Source of the DNA: an uncultured Methanoregulaceae archaeon
Lineage (GTDB): Archaea; Halobacteriota; Methanomicrobia; Methanomicrobiales; Methanospirillaceae
Direction of reading: 5' to 3'
NCBI GenBank assembly: GCA_963701095.1
Contig: OY969564.1
Location: 1,600,001 to 1,664,000 of the forward strand
Length of the DNA stretch: 64,000 nucleotides
This document shows, in pieces, positions 52,321 through 64,000 of this stretch. Below the pieces are notes generated by a model, which did no database searches, was not told the DNA's origin, and saw only the letters and a list, made by a program, of their open reading frames with translations. The first letter of the stretch is position 1. Each line of letters starts with the position of its first letter. Made by a program: the position numbers and the translations under genes.

Positions 52321-54687
52321 TCAGGTTATTTTTGAATAATTGAGACTAATCTTTGTAAATTGATGCGAGATGTTGCTCAAATCAGTGAGAATAATTTGAT
52401 CTGGGGACATCGTATACAAGGTATCGTTGATATAAATCGCACGTTCAACCTGAGGTTCTGAATAACTGTTCTCGCCATGTATCACGGTTCCTTTATTTGT
52501 GAAACCCTGAACAGGATCGACACCGAAAACGCTCGCTCCGGTCATCGTACCATTTTGCATGAACGTGACATTCGAATCCTGTGTTTTCCAAAGGGTCATG
52601 GGAAGGCCGCCGAGGAAAACCGGTAAAACGAGGAGATTCTTCTGACGGTCAAACAAAAATGCTTTGGGATCGGTGAATACCTCCGATGAACTCCCCGCAC
52701 CCCCGAGTACAATGCTGTTGATTAAGGTAGGTTTTGTCACCTCGGATACATTGAAAAGCGAGAGCTTGATTCCGCCAGAAACATTGCCATCCCCCCTGGA
52801 ATTCGGGAGTGTATCCTGACCAATACCGATTATATGAGTGTCGTCAAACGGGTGCAGGTAGTCGGAAAAACCCGGGAGTTTGAGTTCCCCGAGGATTTTG
52901 GGGTTTACAGGATCGGACAAATTAATTACGAAAAACGGGTCGAGTTGTTGAAAGGTCACCATATAGAGACGATCTCCCATAAACCGGGTGGAATGCATCA
53001 TCTCATCCGGGGCGATATGTTCCACTCTTCCCGTGACATTCAGCTGGTCATCAAAGATAAAGACATTACTATACCGGTGTACCGGGTATCCTGGTAGCCT
53101 CACATTCGTCGCTACCCTTAGATTCCCATTATATTCGTCAAGTGAATACTGGTTTATCAGACTGCCATTTACGGTGCCTGATGCTTTGTACTGTATAGTT
53201 TCATTATCGAGCGAAAAGGCATACAGGTTGGTTTTATCGGCATATCCGTTCATGTCTGGCGCGGACACACCGAGGTACAGGTTCTGTGGGGAGACATAGA
53301 CAATACTGTCACTTCCTGTCAGGAATGTGATCGCTGTCGCGGGGGTCTCATCAGAGATGTCGACAGCTCCGGCCATATCGTATGAGAACTTGGTATTATT
53401 CTGTCCGAAATTGTATACTTCGGGCGTAATCATCTGGTTCTCTTCCAGTAGTGAAGGAAAAGTGATATTACCGGATAAATAATTTACCGGCTTTGTCGTG
53501 ATAAAATAGAGAAACTGCCCGATCAACCGGGAATTCAGGTAATCCCCGTCAGCATCGATTTCCCGCCTTAGCATGGGATGAGAGGGATCAGTGATTGAAT
53601 AGATGAGAATCCGGGTTCTTTTATAAGAGTCACCTGTTCCTGCATATTCGCAGATATCCTCAAGACCCACCGATTCGGTCACAAACAAAACCAACTGATC
53701 GTTATCCACATACATATCGATAGGAGTACCGTTCGTAGTAAGTGTTGTAATGAGACGGGCATCCTGAGCAGGATAGGCACGCAGGATGTAAACGGTGTTT
53801 CCTGAAATAGCGTAAATATTTGTTCCATCAGTTTTGATAATGTCTGCTTCATCCACCCCCGCGACCTGGTTATTCGTAGTGGAATATTCTGGTACTGCTG
53901 CTGAGCCGGAACTTGCCGTAGTCGCAGAGGCACCACTGAACTCTCCGCTGTCCGACTTGTCGGTGGGCTGAAATGATGCTGAATACACCTGCACAAGGAT
54001 ATCCTCACCAGGGGGAACGTTGGTCGATCCGGTAATAGTGACCATCTCCCCAACGTACCGGTCTCCAACAGGATCGATCGTGATATAATAGTCCTCACCG
54101 GGACCTGGTACATATTTCGTTCTTTTCGTGATTGGTATTTTTTCAGTCCGTACTCCGCTGAGTATATTGAAAATTGCGGTTCCGGTAGCATTTCTAGTAA
54201 CAGCAGATGCCGTTACCAGATACTCATCCGGTCTGAAAGTTGATGTGTCCAAGGTATAACTCCAGATCCGGGTCGTGTTGCAATCAGTAACACGAATAGT
54301 TCCCGATGATCCGGAAAAAGAGTATCGTGAAAAAGAGGGATACGCATTGTACGGCACAGTGTGGTTTTTCAGAAACCCCTGAACCTCTTCTGGTGATGGG
54401 AAAGAAGGCAGGCATGTATTACCTTGAGATACCAGGGTTTGATTATTGTAACCCGGGGATGCGATATAACCACTTCCATTCGTAAGATTTTCAAACGATA
54501 TTTGATCTGTCGATAATGACGCAATTTTGTCATTCGTATCGTTTGAGGTAATATTATGTCCTATGTCCAGGTAATTCGCGGAAAAGAGGGAAACAAGCGG
54601 ATGAAGCACTACCATACAAAATATAAAGATTCCTGTGATCGCACAAAGTAATATCAGCAATTTGTTGTTTTTTAAGGGTAGGTTCAT
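52321..54687 (-). CDS. Secreted beta-propeller domain protein with an N-terminal S-layer-like module
   Basis: N-terminal TM; YSTTNNQVAGVDEADIIKTDG, INQYSLDEY, RFMGDRLYMVTF..DPFF, LKLPGFSDYLHP. Confidence 0.88.
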   Translation of the reverse strand: MNLPLKNNKLLILLCAITGIFIFCMVVLHPLVSLFSANYLDIGHNITSNDTNDKIASLSTDQISFENLTNGSGYIASPGYNNQTLVSQGNTCLPSFPSPEEVQGFLKNHTVPYNAYPSFSRYSFSGSSGTIRVTDCNTTRIWSYTLDTSTFRPDEYLVTASAVTRNATGTAIFNILSGVRTEKIPITKRTKYVPGPGEDYYITIDPVGDRYVGEMVTITGSTNVPPGEDILVQVYSASFQPTDKSDSGEFSGASATTASSGSAAVPEYSTTNNQVAGVDEADIIKTDGTNIYAISGNTVYILRAYPAQDARLITTLTTNGTPIDMYVDNDQLVLFVTESVGLEDICEYAGTGDSYKRTRILIYSITDPSHPMLRREIDADGDYLNSRLIGQFLYFITTKPVNYLSGNITFPSLLEENQMITPEVYNFGQNNTKFSYDMAGAVDISDETPATAITFLTGSDSIVYVSPQNLYLGVSAPDMNGYADKTNLYAFSLDNETIQYKASGTVNGSLINQYSLDEYNGNLRVATNVRLPGYPVHRYSNVFIFDDQLNVTGRVEHIAPDEMMHSTRFMGDRLYMVTFQQLDPFFVINLSDPVNPKILGELKLPGFSDYLHPFDDTHIIGIGQDTLPNSRGDGNVSGGIKLSLFNVSEVTKPTLINSIVLGGAGSSSEVFTDPKAFLFDRQKNLLVLPVFLGGLPMTLWKTQDSNVTFMQNGTMTGASVFGVDPVQGFTNKGTVIHGENSYSEPQVERAIYINDTLYTMSPDQIILTDLSNISHQFTKISLNYSKIT

Positions 54688-54966
54688 TAACAAAACACCA
54701 GATGTTACTGTAATGTCAGTTATTTTTATGTAATGAATGCAGAGAGAATTTTCGTTTCATTTTTACAGAAATTATTACTACATTTCTTGTATGTTTGGCA
54801 TAAATCAAGCTAATAGTTTCATTTTTTGAAACATTTCAAGGGAGGATTAATAGTAAAAAATTTGTTTGGCTTATTAAATCATTTAGGGTGAAAAAATGAA
54901 TTTAAACAAAACACTAGTAACAAAAATATTATTTTTTAAAGGAAAAAATTATGACAACGGTGGATC

Positions 54967-56106
54967 TTAGTTCCCACCAACATCTCTGATCCGTTCCATT
55001 GCTTCCCTGAGCCGGTCCATGGAAGCCGCATACGAAAGGCGGATCCAGCCGGGTGCATCGAAAGCACTGCCCGGTGTTGCAGCCACATGGCCTTTTTCAA
55101 GCCACCGGCTTGCAATCGCCATATCGTCGCCTTCGACTTTTACAAAAGCATAGAACGCGCCATCTGCCGGAGCAGTCTCGTAGCCCATCCGGCTCAGTTC
55201 TTTCATTATATAAATACGCCGGCGGTCAAATTCGGCTCGCATCTCTTCAACACAGTGCTGATCGCCTTTTAAAGCCGCAACTGCCCCCCACATGGCAAAG
55301 GTAGTTGCCTGGGAGACCGAGTGCTGCTGCACCTTCGACATCTCGTTGATAATCTCTTTTGGTGCTACTGCGTACCCGAGCCGCCAGCCGGTCATCGCGT
55401 ACGCTTTGGAAAAACCGTTTATTGTTATTGTCCGGTGAGCCATATCCCCGATACTGGCAAGCGAGATATGCCCTTTTCCGTATACCAGTTTCTCGTAGAT
55501 CTCATCAGACATTGCATAGAGATCGTGATCCTGGCAGAGATCTGCAATAAGGTTCATCGATTTCTTGTCAAACACCGCCCCGGATGGATTCGACGGTGAG
55601 TTGACCACGATCATTTTGGTGCTGGTGGTAACCCGTTCGAGAAGGGAATCGTCAAGCTGGAAAGTCTTCTGGTTGACTGCGTGTTTTACGATCTTCCCGC
55701 CAGCCATCTGGACACAGGGTTCGTACGATACCCAGGCAGGCGTGAGCAGGAGGACTTCGTCGCCGGGGTTCAGGACTGCTTCCATACCTTCATAGATGGC
55801 GTCCTTTGCCCCGCAGGCCACAATTACCTGATCCGGTTTACAGGAGAAATTATTCTCGCCCGTTATTTTTTCACTGATCGCACTCAGCAGCTCAGGAATC
55901 CCATTGCTGGGAGCATAATGCGTCTCTCCCCGGTTCAGGGCATCGATGCAGGCATCCCTGATATGTTTAGGAGTGTCGAAATCGGGCTCCCCAATCGAGA
56001 GGCTGATAACATCGATCCCCTCCCGCTGCATCTTCTTTGCCCGGTTGGAAATCTCGATAGTCGCGGATGGCACGATCGCCGCAACTTTCTTGGAAAGTGG
56101 CTTCAT
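54967..56106 (-). CDS. Class I/II PLP aminotransferase (aspartate aminotransferase-like)
   Basis: [42 protein letters not shown]. Confidence 0.93.
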   Translation of the reverse strand: MKPLSKKVAAIVPSATIEISNRAKKMQREGIDVISLSIGEPDFDTPKHIRDACIDALNRGETHYAPSNGIPELLSAISEKITGENNFSCKPDQVIVACGAKDAIYEGMEAVLNPGDEVLLLTPAWVSYEPCVQMAGGKIVKHAVNQKTFQLDDSLLERVTTSTKMIVVNSPSNPSGAVFDKKSMNLIADLCQDHDLYAMSDEIYEKLVYGKGHISLASIGDMAHRTITINGFSKAYAMTGWRLGYAVAPKEIINEMSKVQQHSVSQATTFAMWGAVAALKGDQHCVEEMRAEFDRRRIYIMKELSRMGYETAPADGAFYAFVKVEGDDMAIASRWLEKGHVAATPGSAFDAPGWIRLSYAASMDRLREAMERIRDVGGN

Positions 56107-56522
56107 TGCAATCGCTTGCACATCTTTACGGCAGACTCAACAGCGCGTTTCGCATAGTCTATCCGCTCATTTGCCTCAAGCCGGCTCATCCCGGGTCCGG
56201 ATATTCCAAGGGCCACGGGCTTACCGAACTCTAAGGAGAGATCGATAATCTTTCGGGCTGCATGTTGCACGACAATTTCATCGTGCTGGGTCGCCCCTTC
56301 GATTACACAACCTACCGTCACAACTGCATCGACTTTTCCTGCCGAAAGCATCTTTTTTATGGCAAGCGGCATATCAAAAGCCCCTGGCACATAGAGGCAG
56401 TCAGTCACTTCTGCTCCAAGGAACGCGGCATGTTCCCGTGCTTCGATCTCCATCATGTACGTAATGTCACGGTTGAATTCCGCAACGACAAATCCCAGTT
56501 TTATCGGTTTTGTGTCACACAT
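56103..56522 (-). CDS. ribH: 6,7-dimethyl-8-ribityllumazine synthase
   Basis: [32 protein letters not shown]. Confidence 0.95.
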   Translation of the reverse strand: MCDTKPIKLGFVVAEFNRDITYMMEIEAREHAAFLGAEVTDCLYVPGAFDMPLAIKKMLSAGKVDAVVTVGCVIEGATQHDEIVVQHAARKIIDLSLEFGKPVALGISGPGMSRLEANERIDYAKRAVESAVKMCKRLQ

Positions 56523-56564
56523 AGTTGATCATCTCGCTGGTATCCAACATAAACCTGTAGATCC

Positions 56565-58153
<1,589 letters not shown>

Positions 58154-58209
58154 GTGGATCTGTCAATAGTATTTTTATATAGACTGGATATAAGTTTGGA
58201 TGGCTTTTT

Positions 58210-58602
58210 ATGGCTGACGTAAGCATAATTTGCGGATCGGCATCCGACGCCGCGGTTGCCGACAAGGCAAAGAAAGTGCTCGATGATAACGGAATCTCCT
58301 GGGACTACGAGGTGATCTCAGCCCACCGTGCCCCGGACAAGCTGGATGCATATATCAAAAATTCCCCGTGTAAGGTCTATATCGCCATCGCCGGGCTCTC
58401 TGCGGCACTGCCCGGGGTTATCGCTTCAAAAACCGATAAGCCGGTCATTGGTGTGCCGGTCAGTGGGACCCTGAACGGTTTTGATGCCCTTCTTTCGATT
58501 GTCCAGATGCCAAAGGGAGTTCCGGTTGCATGCGTCGGCGTCGATAACGGCGACAATGCAGCACACCTCGCGATCCGGATCCTTAAACTGTCAGTGAAGT
58601 GA
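58210..58602 (+). CDS. purE: N5-CAIR mutase / AIR carboxylase
   Basis: [35 protein letters not shown]. Confidence 0.95.
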   Translation: MADVSIICGSASDAAVADKAKKVLDDNGISWDYEVISAHRAPDKLDAYIKNSPCKVYIAIAGLSAALPGVIASKTDKPVIGVPVSGTLNGFDALLSIVQMPKGVPVACVGVDNGDNAAHLAIRILKLSVK

Positions 58603-58642
58603 GCGGACAGGATTATCACCCCATCAGTTTAATGTTCGTACG

Positions 58643-59071
58643 ATGCCGATCCTGTCCGATCCTATAGTTACTCTTGAAGGTATATCGCTCCGTAACGTTT
58701 CGCTTTCGACCCTTGAGATTGATTTAGCAATCCGGGTAGAGAACCCTAACCCGGTGGGTGCTGACTTACAGGAATGCCCATTCACCGTCATGTACAAAAA
58801 GGGGGACACCGGCAGCCGGTTAGCGACTGGAAATACCGGAAACGCAAAGATCCCCGGTAATACCTCGACTGTACTCAAAGTCCCGGTCACCTCGCACAAC
58901 AAGGCTCTCGCCGGTGCATTTGCCACTTTTATCCTCAAAGGAGGAATGGAGGTGACCATTGAAGGGGTTGCAGTGATAAAATTCCTCGTCATCAAAAAAT
59001 CAGTACCATTCAGCCGGACTATATCGGTAACCACGGCAGATATTACCGGGATCGTGACCGGAAAGGGATAA
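58643..59071 (+). CDS. LEA type 2 (WHy) domain protein
   Basis: P.V.L..I......L..L...IRVENPNP motif. Confidence 0.78.
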   Translation: MPILSDPIVTLEGISLRNVSLSTLEIDLAIRVENPNPVGADLQECPFTVMYKKGDTGSRLATGNTGNAKIPGNTSTVLKVPVTSHNKALAGAFATFILKGGMEVTIEGVAVIKFLVIKKSVPFSRTISVTTADITGIVTGKG

Positions 59072-59102
59072 AATTGTCAATAAAAATCAATAAACGCAGA
59101 TA

Positions 59103-60383
59103 TTACGTTCTTTTCTCTTCTTTTTCTTCAAATAATTCCCTGACCATTTTAATTGCACAAAGGTCCCCACACATCGAGCAGGTATCGGTTTCACCGTCGC
59201 GGCAGTGAATCTTCTGTGCATGATCGCCATACAGGGCAAGACGGAACTGTGAGTCCCAGTCGAGCCGGTGCCGGGCCTCCGCCATCTGCACTTCCCGTTC
59301 CATTTTGAATCCTTCGTGGCGCCGTACTATATCCCCTACATGCGCCGCGATCTTCGCAACCCTGGTCCCCTCGATAATATCTTCAACGTCCGGGAGAGCA
59401 AGGTGTTCGCTTGGTGAAACCATGCAGAGGAAATCAGCCCCGTTCCGGCAGGCTTCTGCACCGCCTATTGCAGCGACAACGTGGTCGTAGCCCGGCGCAA
59501 TGTCCGTCACAATTGGTCCAAGCAGGTACAGGGGTGCATGATCGGTAATTTCCTTGATCATCCGCACATTGTAGCCCACCTGGTCAAACGGCATATGCCC
59601 CGGCCCTTCGATCATCCGCTGGACACCCCGGGAAAGCGCACGTTTTGCTAGCACCCCGAGTGTCACGTATTCAACCGATTTTGCCAGTTTACCTGCGTCC
59701 TGCAGGCAGCCGGGCCGCATTCCGTCACCGAGACTGATAGTAACGTCATGTTCAGCAAGAATCTCCAGAAGATAGTCAAACTCGGAAAAAAGGGGGTTTT
59801 CCTCATCCCGGAGCATCATCATTGCACAATGGAACGTCCCACCCCGGCTTACCACACCCATCAATCGTGGGTCACTCCGGAGGGCATCAAGCACCTGACG
59901 GTTCACCCCGCAGTGAAGCGTTAAGAAATCAACACCTTGTTCGCAATGTTCCCGGATTACTTTAAAAAGCAGGTCGGCATCCACATCTGCTGCGTTTCCC
60001 GCCCTGCGGACAGCCTCATAGACCGGTACGGTTCCAACAGTCGTGTCGAGCGCGAGCATTTTCTTCCGGATTCTAACAAGATCGCCACCCGTGGAAAGGT
60101 CCATGATTGCATCGGCACCGTTGTCAAGGGCTGCCCGGGCCTTTTTTTCTTCAAGTGCATAGTCGCACCGGGTACCGGAAGTCCCGACATTTACGTTCAC
60201 CTTGACCGAGCATCCCTGACCAATGGCACAGTGATGGTGCCGGCGTTTTGCGTTTACCGGGATCACAATCCGCCCGGCAGCTATTCTCCGGGCCATGCGT
60301 TCAGCGTCCATGCCTTCAACCCGGGCCGCTTCTCCAACAGTATCAGGGACACAGGAAGAGCAGCTGCGGACCAGCACATCCAT
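59103..60383 (-). CDS. thiC: ThiC-family radical SAM enzyme (HMP-P synthase, or its paralog hydroxybenzimidazole synthase)
   Basis: KVNVNVGTS, MDLSTGG, GTVPVY, SRGG, SLGDGMRPG, EGPGH, APGYDH, CSMCGDLC. Confidence 0.88.
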   Translation of the reverse strand: MDVLVRSCSSCVPDTVGEAARVEGMDAERMARRIAAGRIVIPVNAKRRHHHCAIGQGCSVKVNVNVGTSGTRCDYALEEKKARAALDNGADAIMDLSTGGDLVRIRKKMLALDTTVGTVPVYEAVRRAGNAADVDADLLFKVIREHCEQGVDFLTLHCGVNRQVLDALRSDPRLMGVVSRGGTFHCAMMMLRDEENPLFSEFDYLLEILAEHDVTISLGDGMRPGCLQDAGKLAKSVEYVTLGVLAKRALSRGVQRMIEGPGHMPFDQVGYNVRMIKEITDHAPLYLLGPIVTDIAPGYDHVVAAIGGAEACRNGADFLCMVSPSEHLALPDVEDIIEGTRVAKIAAHVGDIVRRHEGFKMEREVQMAEARHRLDWDSQFRLALYGDHAQKIHCRDGETDTCSMCGDLCAIKMVRELFEEKEEKRT

Positions 60384-60417
60384 AACAAACATCTGTTTGG
60401 ATGCTTTATTATTGTGC

Positions 60418-61019
60418 ATGAAGGTCAGGTGGATTCCCGAACAGGGTGCATTTGCTAACTCGTACATTTTCGGTACCGTTCTTGTAGACGCCGGTCTCCT
60501 TCCCATGGCAATCCGGGAGTACAAGGACGGGATCGACACCATCGTCCTGACTCATTGCCATTTCGACCATATCGCCCATGTAAAAGAGATCGCCCATATG
60601 TGCAAGGCGAAAGTGGCCATCCACCGGGAAGATGCCGCAGGGCTTGTGGATGATTCACGGAGCCTCTCGATGCATTTTTGCGCCCGTTCGCCCGGAATGA
60701 TACCGGATATCATACTCAATGAGGGCGACACCATTGGCGGCCTCCAGGTCATCCATACACCCGGCCATACCCCGGGTAGCATCTGCCTTTATTCAGCACC
60801 GGATAAGGTGCTTATCAGCGGGGATACTGTCTTTACCGATGGCGCTTTTGGCCGCTATGATTTCCCCGGGGGAAGCAGGCAGTCGCTTGCGCATTCTCTC
60901 GACCGGCTGGGGAGCTCGATGTGGAGGGGCTGTATCCCGGGCATGGTCAGCCGGTGGACTGCGGCGGGAAACGGCACATCGAAGCGGCACGACAGCTCAT
61001 GAAGGCCGGGTATGGATAA
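60418..61019 (+). CDS. Metallo-beta-lactamase fold hydrolase; frameshift near 60910
   Basis: THCHFDH, HTPGHTPGS, ISGDT, GRYDFPGG; corrected tail LYPGHG. Confidence 0.88.
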
Positions 61020-61473
61020 AGGAATTTACTGCCTTGTTTTAAAAAACCCGGCCTGCAAACTGCGGGTCGGGGCTCTCGGGATCCTTTCGTTTGCAGCCGG
61101 CTGGCACTGCTATGTCGGTTCAGCCCTTGGCCCCGGAGGCCTTGTCCGGCTCGAACGACATCTCCGTATCAAAGGACATCAGGATCAGCGCCCGCAATGG
61201 CATATCGATTACCTTCTCATGGATCCGCGGTTTGGGGTTGCTTATGCTGTAAGTGCCCCCACCACCGAACGCCTGGAATGCCGGTTAGCTGCGATTCTTG
61301 CCCGGGAGGGTACTGGAGTACAAAAGTTCGGGTGCAGTGACTGCGACTGCCTGTCCCACCTCCTGTTCTGGAACAGGGATCCAAGAGACACGATAGTCGC
61401 TGCATTTTCTGACCTTGGCCTTCGTTCCGGGATCAAAACTATCATTACCCCAAAAAGACAGGGTATCGTATGA
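61012..61473 (+). CDS. GIY-YIG nuclease family protein (DUF123-like)
   Basis: KGIYCL, YVGSA, R..RH, WHIDYL, FGCSDC.C.SHL. Confidence 0.88.
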   Translation: MDKGIYCLVLKNPACKLRVGALGILSFAAGWHCYVGSALGPGGLVRLERHLRIKGHQDQRPQWHIDYLLMDPRFGVAYAVSAPTTERLECRLAAILAREGTGVQKFGCSDCDCLSHLLFWNRDPRDTIVAAFSDLGLRSGIKTIITPKRQGIV

Positions 61474-62023
61474 AAGTTCTGGGGATATCAGGCAGTATGA
61501 GAAAGGAGGGAAACACTGCACAGCTGATACAGGTGATCCTCGGGCAGTGCAGGGATGCCGGGATCCAAACGGAATTTATCTCCCTCGCCGGCAAGAAGAT
61601 CCTTCCCTGTCTTGGCTGTGGGAAATGCATCGAGAAGAAATGGTGCATTAACGAGACTGATGACTGGGGTGGCATTGCTGAAAAGATGCTGGCATGCGAG
61701 GTCCTCGTGATAGGATCGCCTACGTATTATTATGATGTCAACGGCCACCTCAAGAATTTCATCGACCGCACGTACTCCCTTTTCCATGACCGCAAGCTTC
61801 CGGCCGAAAAGGGATCGCTGTCGCGGTCCATGCATCGGCAGGTGCGGAACGCACAGTAAAGACCATCGAAGGGTTCCTCAATGCCCATGAATTTGCATCC
61901 CTGGGATCAGTCACCGGGATTGGAACGGACGAAGGCGATATTATGAACGATGCAAAAGCCATTGCCCAGGCAAAAAAGACCGGCGACAAAATAGTCCGGT
62001 TGCTGCTCCCTCACCACGATTAA
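61470..62023 (+). CDS. Iron-sulfur flavoprotein (flavodoxin family); frameshift near 61800
   Basis: GSMRKEGNT, CLGCGKC.....C, GSPTYY, KNFIDR; corrected frame ends at 62023. Confidence 0.87.
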
Positions 62024-62311
62024 GTCGTTGAATTATAATCCTGATCTTTTTTATAATTCTTTAACCCGGGCATTTTTCCGGGCTTTCGACAGAGGGCCCC
62101 GAATTGTAAGATCCCAAACTTTTCAGCAGAGCTCGATTTTTGTCTGTCCATATGAGCGCTTCACGGATTTATCTATCAGATGTTAAAGAGACAGACGGAT
62201 ACTAATTACTTGTTTAATTCAACGCCGGTGATTTTTGTCAGCCTTTCCAAAAAACGTCGTTCGGCGGGATCGCATATCGTTGTTGATGGAGAAAATGATA
62301 AATACAATTAA

Positions 62312-62334
62312 TCGTACAAATATGATTTGTATGA
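62312..62334. promoter_or_regulatory. Palindromic operator-like site upstream of the AbrB-family gene
   Basis: TCGTACAAAT-ATG-ATTTGTATGA: 10-bp arms with one mismatch. Confidence 0.55.
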
Positions 62335-62372
62335 AAAATAAGAATTGTCAGAGTGATGATCTGGTCAGCGAT

Positions 62373-62603
62373 ATGATCGCCCCCCGGAAAGAGAAAACCA
62401 AACACCTCTTTGGGAGCGTCAAGGTTGGCGAGCGCGGGCAGATTGTTATTCCTAAGGAAGCCCGGGAGATCTTTGACATCAAGCAGGGGGATATCCTGCT
62501 GGTGCTCGGTGACGTAGAACGCGGGATTGCGCTGGTCAAGGCTGATGCGCTCCAGGAATTTGCGCGCCAGATACTGGATAAAGCAAGCAAACCTGATGAG
62601 TAA
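62373..62603 (+). CDS. AbrB/MazE/SpoVT-family DNA-binding protein
   Basis: FGSVKVGERGQIVIPKEAREIFDIKQGD; alternative start at 62331. Confidence 0.88.
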   Translation: MIAPRKEKTKHLFGSVKVGERGQIVIPKEAREIFDIKQGDILLVLGDVERGIALVKADALQEFARQILDKASKPDE

Positions 62604-62636
62604 CTGCTCAGGAGTTGTGGTAAGGAGGACAAAAAT

Positions 62637-64000
62637 ATGGAAATTGTCGTATTGAACGGAAGCCCGAAGGGTGACGTCAGTGTCACGATGCAGTATATTG
62701 CGTATATCCGTAAAAAATTCCCGGACCAGACCTATACAATACTCAATGTTGCAGCAGATATCAAAAAAATAGAGAGGGACACGGCTACCTGGAACAAAAT
62801 GCTTGAAACTATCCGGTCCGCTGACCTGGTCCTCTGGGCATTTCCCCTCTATTATCTTGTCGTCAGTTCCCAGTACAAGCGGTTTATCGAACTCATCTTT
62901 GAACGAAAGGCACAGGATGCATTTGCCGGAACCTATTCCGCATCACTCTCGACATCGATCCATTTCTTTGACCAGACTGCCCATGCCTACATCCAGGCTA
63001 TTAGTGACGACCTTGGGATGAAGTATCTGGGGTTTTATTCTGCGGAAATGAGGGATCTCCTCAAAGAAGAAGAACGACAGCGCCTGGAGAAATTTACCTC
63101 GCTTCTCATCTCCGCCGTCCGGGAAAAGATAGCAGTCCAGCAGGAGAACGCTCCTTTAGTATGGCCGGTACTCGCGTACGTTCCGGGCACGCAGCAAAAA
63201 ACAACCAGGACAAGTACCAAAAAAGTTGTCATGCTTACTGATTCTGACGGCAGTTCTCCTAATCTTTCTGCGATGACTGACCGGCTTTTCCGGAATTTTG
63301 CCGGTTCAGTAGAGATCATCAATCTTCATGATCTGAAGGTAAAAGGCGGCTGTCTCGGCTGCTGCCAGTGCGGCTATGACAACACCTGCGTCTATACCGA
63401 CGATTACATTGACTTTTACAAAAACAAACTCATGCCCGCCGATATCATTATCATGGCAGGCTCGGTGCACGACCGGTACCTATCATCGACGTGGAAACAG
63501 TTTTTCGACCGGAGTTTCTTCAAAGGTCATGTCCCCGGACTCAAAGGTAAACAAATCGGGTTTGTGATTGCAGGTCCCTTCCACCAGATCCCGAACCTGA
63601 GAGAGGCACTGGCCGCATGGGCGGATAACGGCGGGTGTTATGCGCAGTTTGTTACTGACGAGGTATCGGGTTCACAAGAACTTGATGCCCTTCTTGATAC
63701 TTTGGCCGCTCGTCTCGTTGAATGTGCAGAAAAAGGGTACATCCCCCCGCACACGTTCTATGCGGTCGGCGGCCACAAAATATTCCGGGATAATATTTAC
63801 GCTGGCATGAGGCTCCCGTTCCAGGCAGATTACCGGTATTTCCGGGAACACGGTATGTTTGATTTTCCCCAGGCTGATCTGAAGACCCGGTGTTTCAATG
63901 CTATACTTATCCCTTTAACGAAAATCCCCGGTTTCCGGAAAAAAGTGTTTGCTGACATTAAACACCATATGATCCGGCCGTTCGAAAGCGTGCTCCGGAA
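62637..64000 (+). CDS. Tandem flavodoxin-domain NAD(P)H-dependent oxidoreductase, truncated by the window end
   Basis: Not in the ORF track. AGGAGG then MEIVVLNGSPKG...FPLYY...KRFIE; second domain has GGCLGCCQCGYDNTC; no stop seen before 64000. Confidence 0.85.
   Translation, partial: MEIVVLNGSPKGDVSVTMQYIAYIRKKFPDQTYTILNVAADIKKIERDTATWNKMLETIRSADLVLWAFPLYYLVVSSQYKRFIELIFERKAQDAFAGTYSASLSTSIHFFDQTAHAYIQAISDDLGMKYLGFYSAEMRDLLKEEERQRLEKFTSLLISAVREKIAVQQENAPLVWPVLAYVPGTQQKTTRTSTKKVVMLTDSDGSSPNLSAMTDRLFRNFAGSVEIINLHDLKVKGGCLGCCQCGYDNTCVYTDDYIDFYKNKLMPADIIIMAGSVHDRYLSSTWKQFFDRSFFKGHVPGLKGKQIGFVIAGPFHQIPNLREALAAWADNGGCYAQFVTDEVSGSQELDALLDTLAARLVECAEKGYIPPHTFYAVGGHKIFRDNIYAGMRLPFQADYRYFREHGMFDFPQADLKTRCFNAILIPLTKIPGFRKKVFADIKHHMIRPFESVLR

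Noticed and set aside
62064..62083. CCCGG...CCGGG hairpin after the Isf gene
   Set aside because: Short stem made of a very common motif; the upstream T-tract near 62047 is enough to explain termination.

Overview
This window is core chromosome of a methanogenic archaeon, most likely Methanomicrobiales (Methanoregula-like). The assignment is inferred from cofD, tfrAB, archaeal ribC, LSm-L37e, ZPR1, an archaeal initiator tRNA and bacterial-type ruvCAB. It holds about 60 genes. They include the archaeal modified mevalonate cluster (UbiX, UbiD, aconitase X), ruvCAB, ppk2, aspS with core methionine synthase, purF/purM/purE, aspartate kinase, tfrAB, an oxidative-stress/iron-sulfur-flavoprotein block, argC-CBS-argJ-argB, acs-satP, trpB2, ribC-ribH, a ThiC-family gene and one tRNA-Met(i). 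I found no CRISPR array, IS element or prophage. About 16 single-base frameshifts break otherwise intact genes. The deletions nearly all sit at or beside CCGG, which suggests long-read errors at a methylated motif rather than pseudogenes. The best novelty candidate is at 39358-39398 (minus strand). There an A10 / A-AAA-AAG slippery site, directly followed by a stop codon and a spaced hairpin, would join a membrane-anchored thioredoxin to a start-less thioredoxin-CcdA/DsbD ORF by -1 recoding. A homopolymer sequencing error is the main alternative. All family calls come from motif recognition by eye; no database searches were run.
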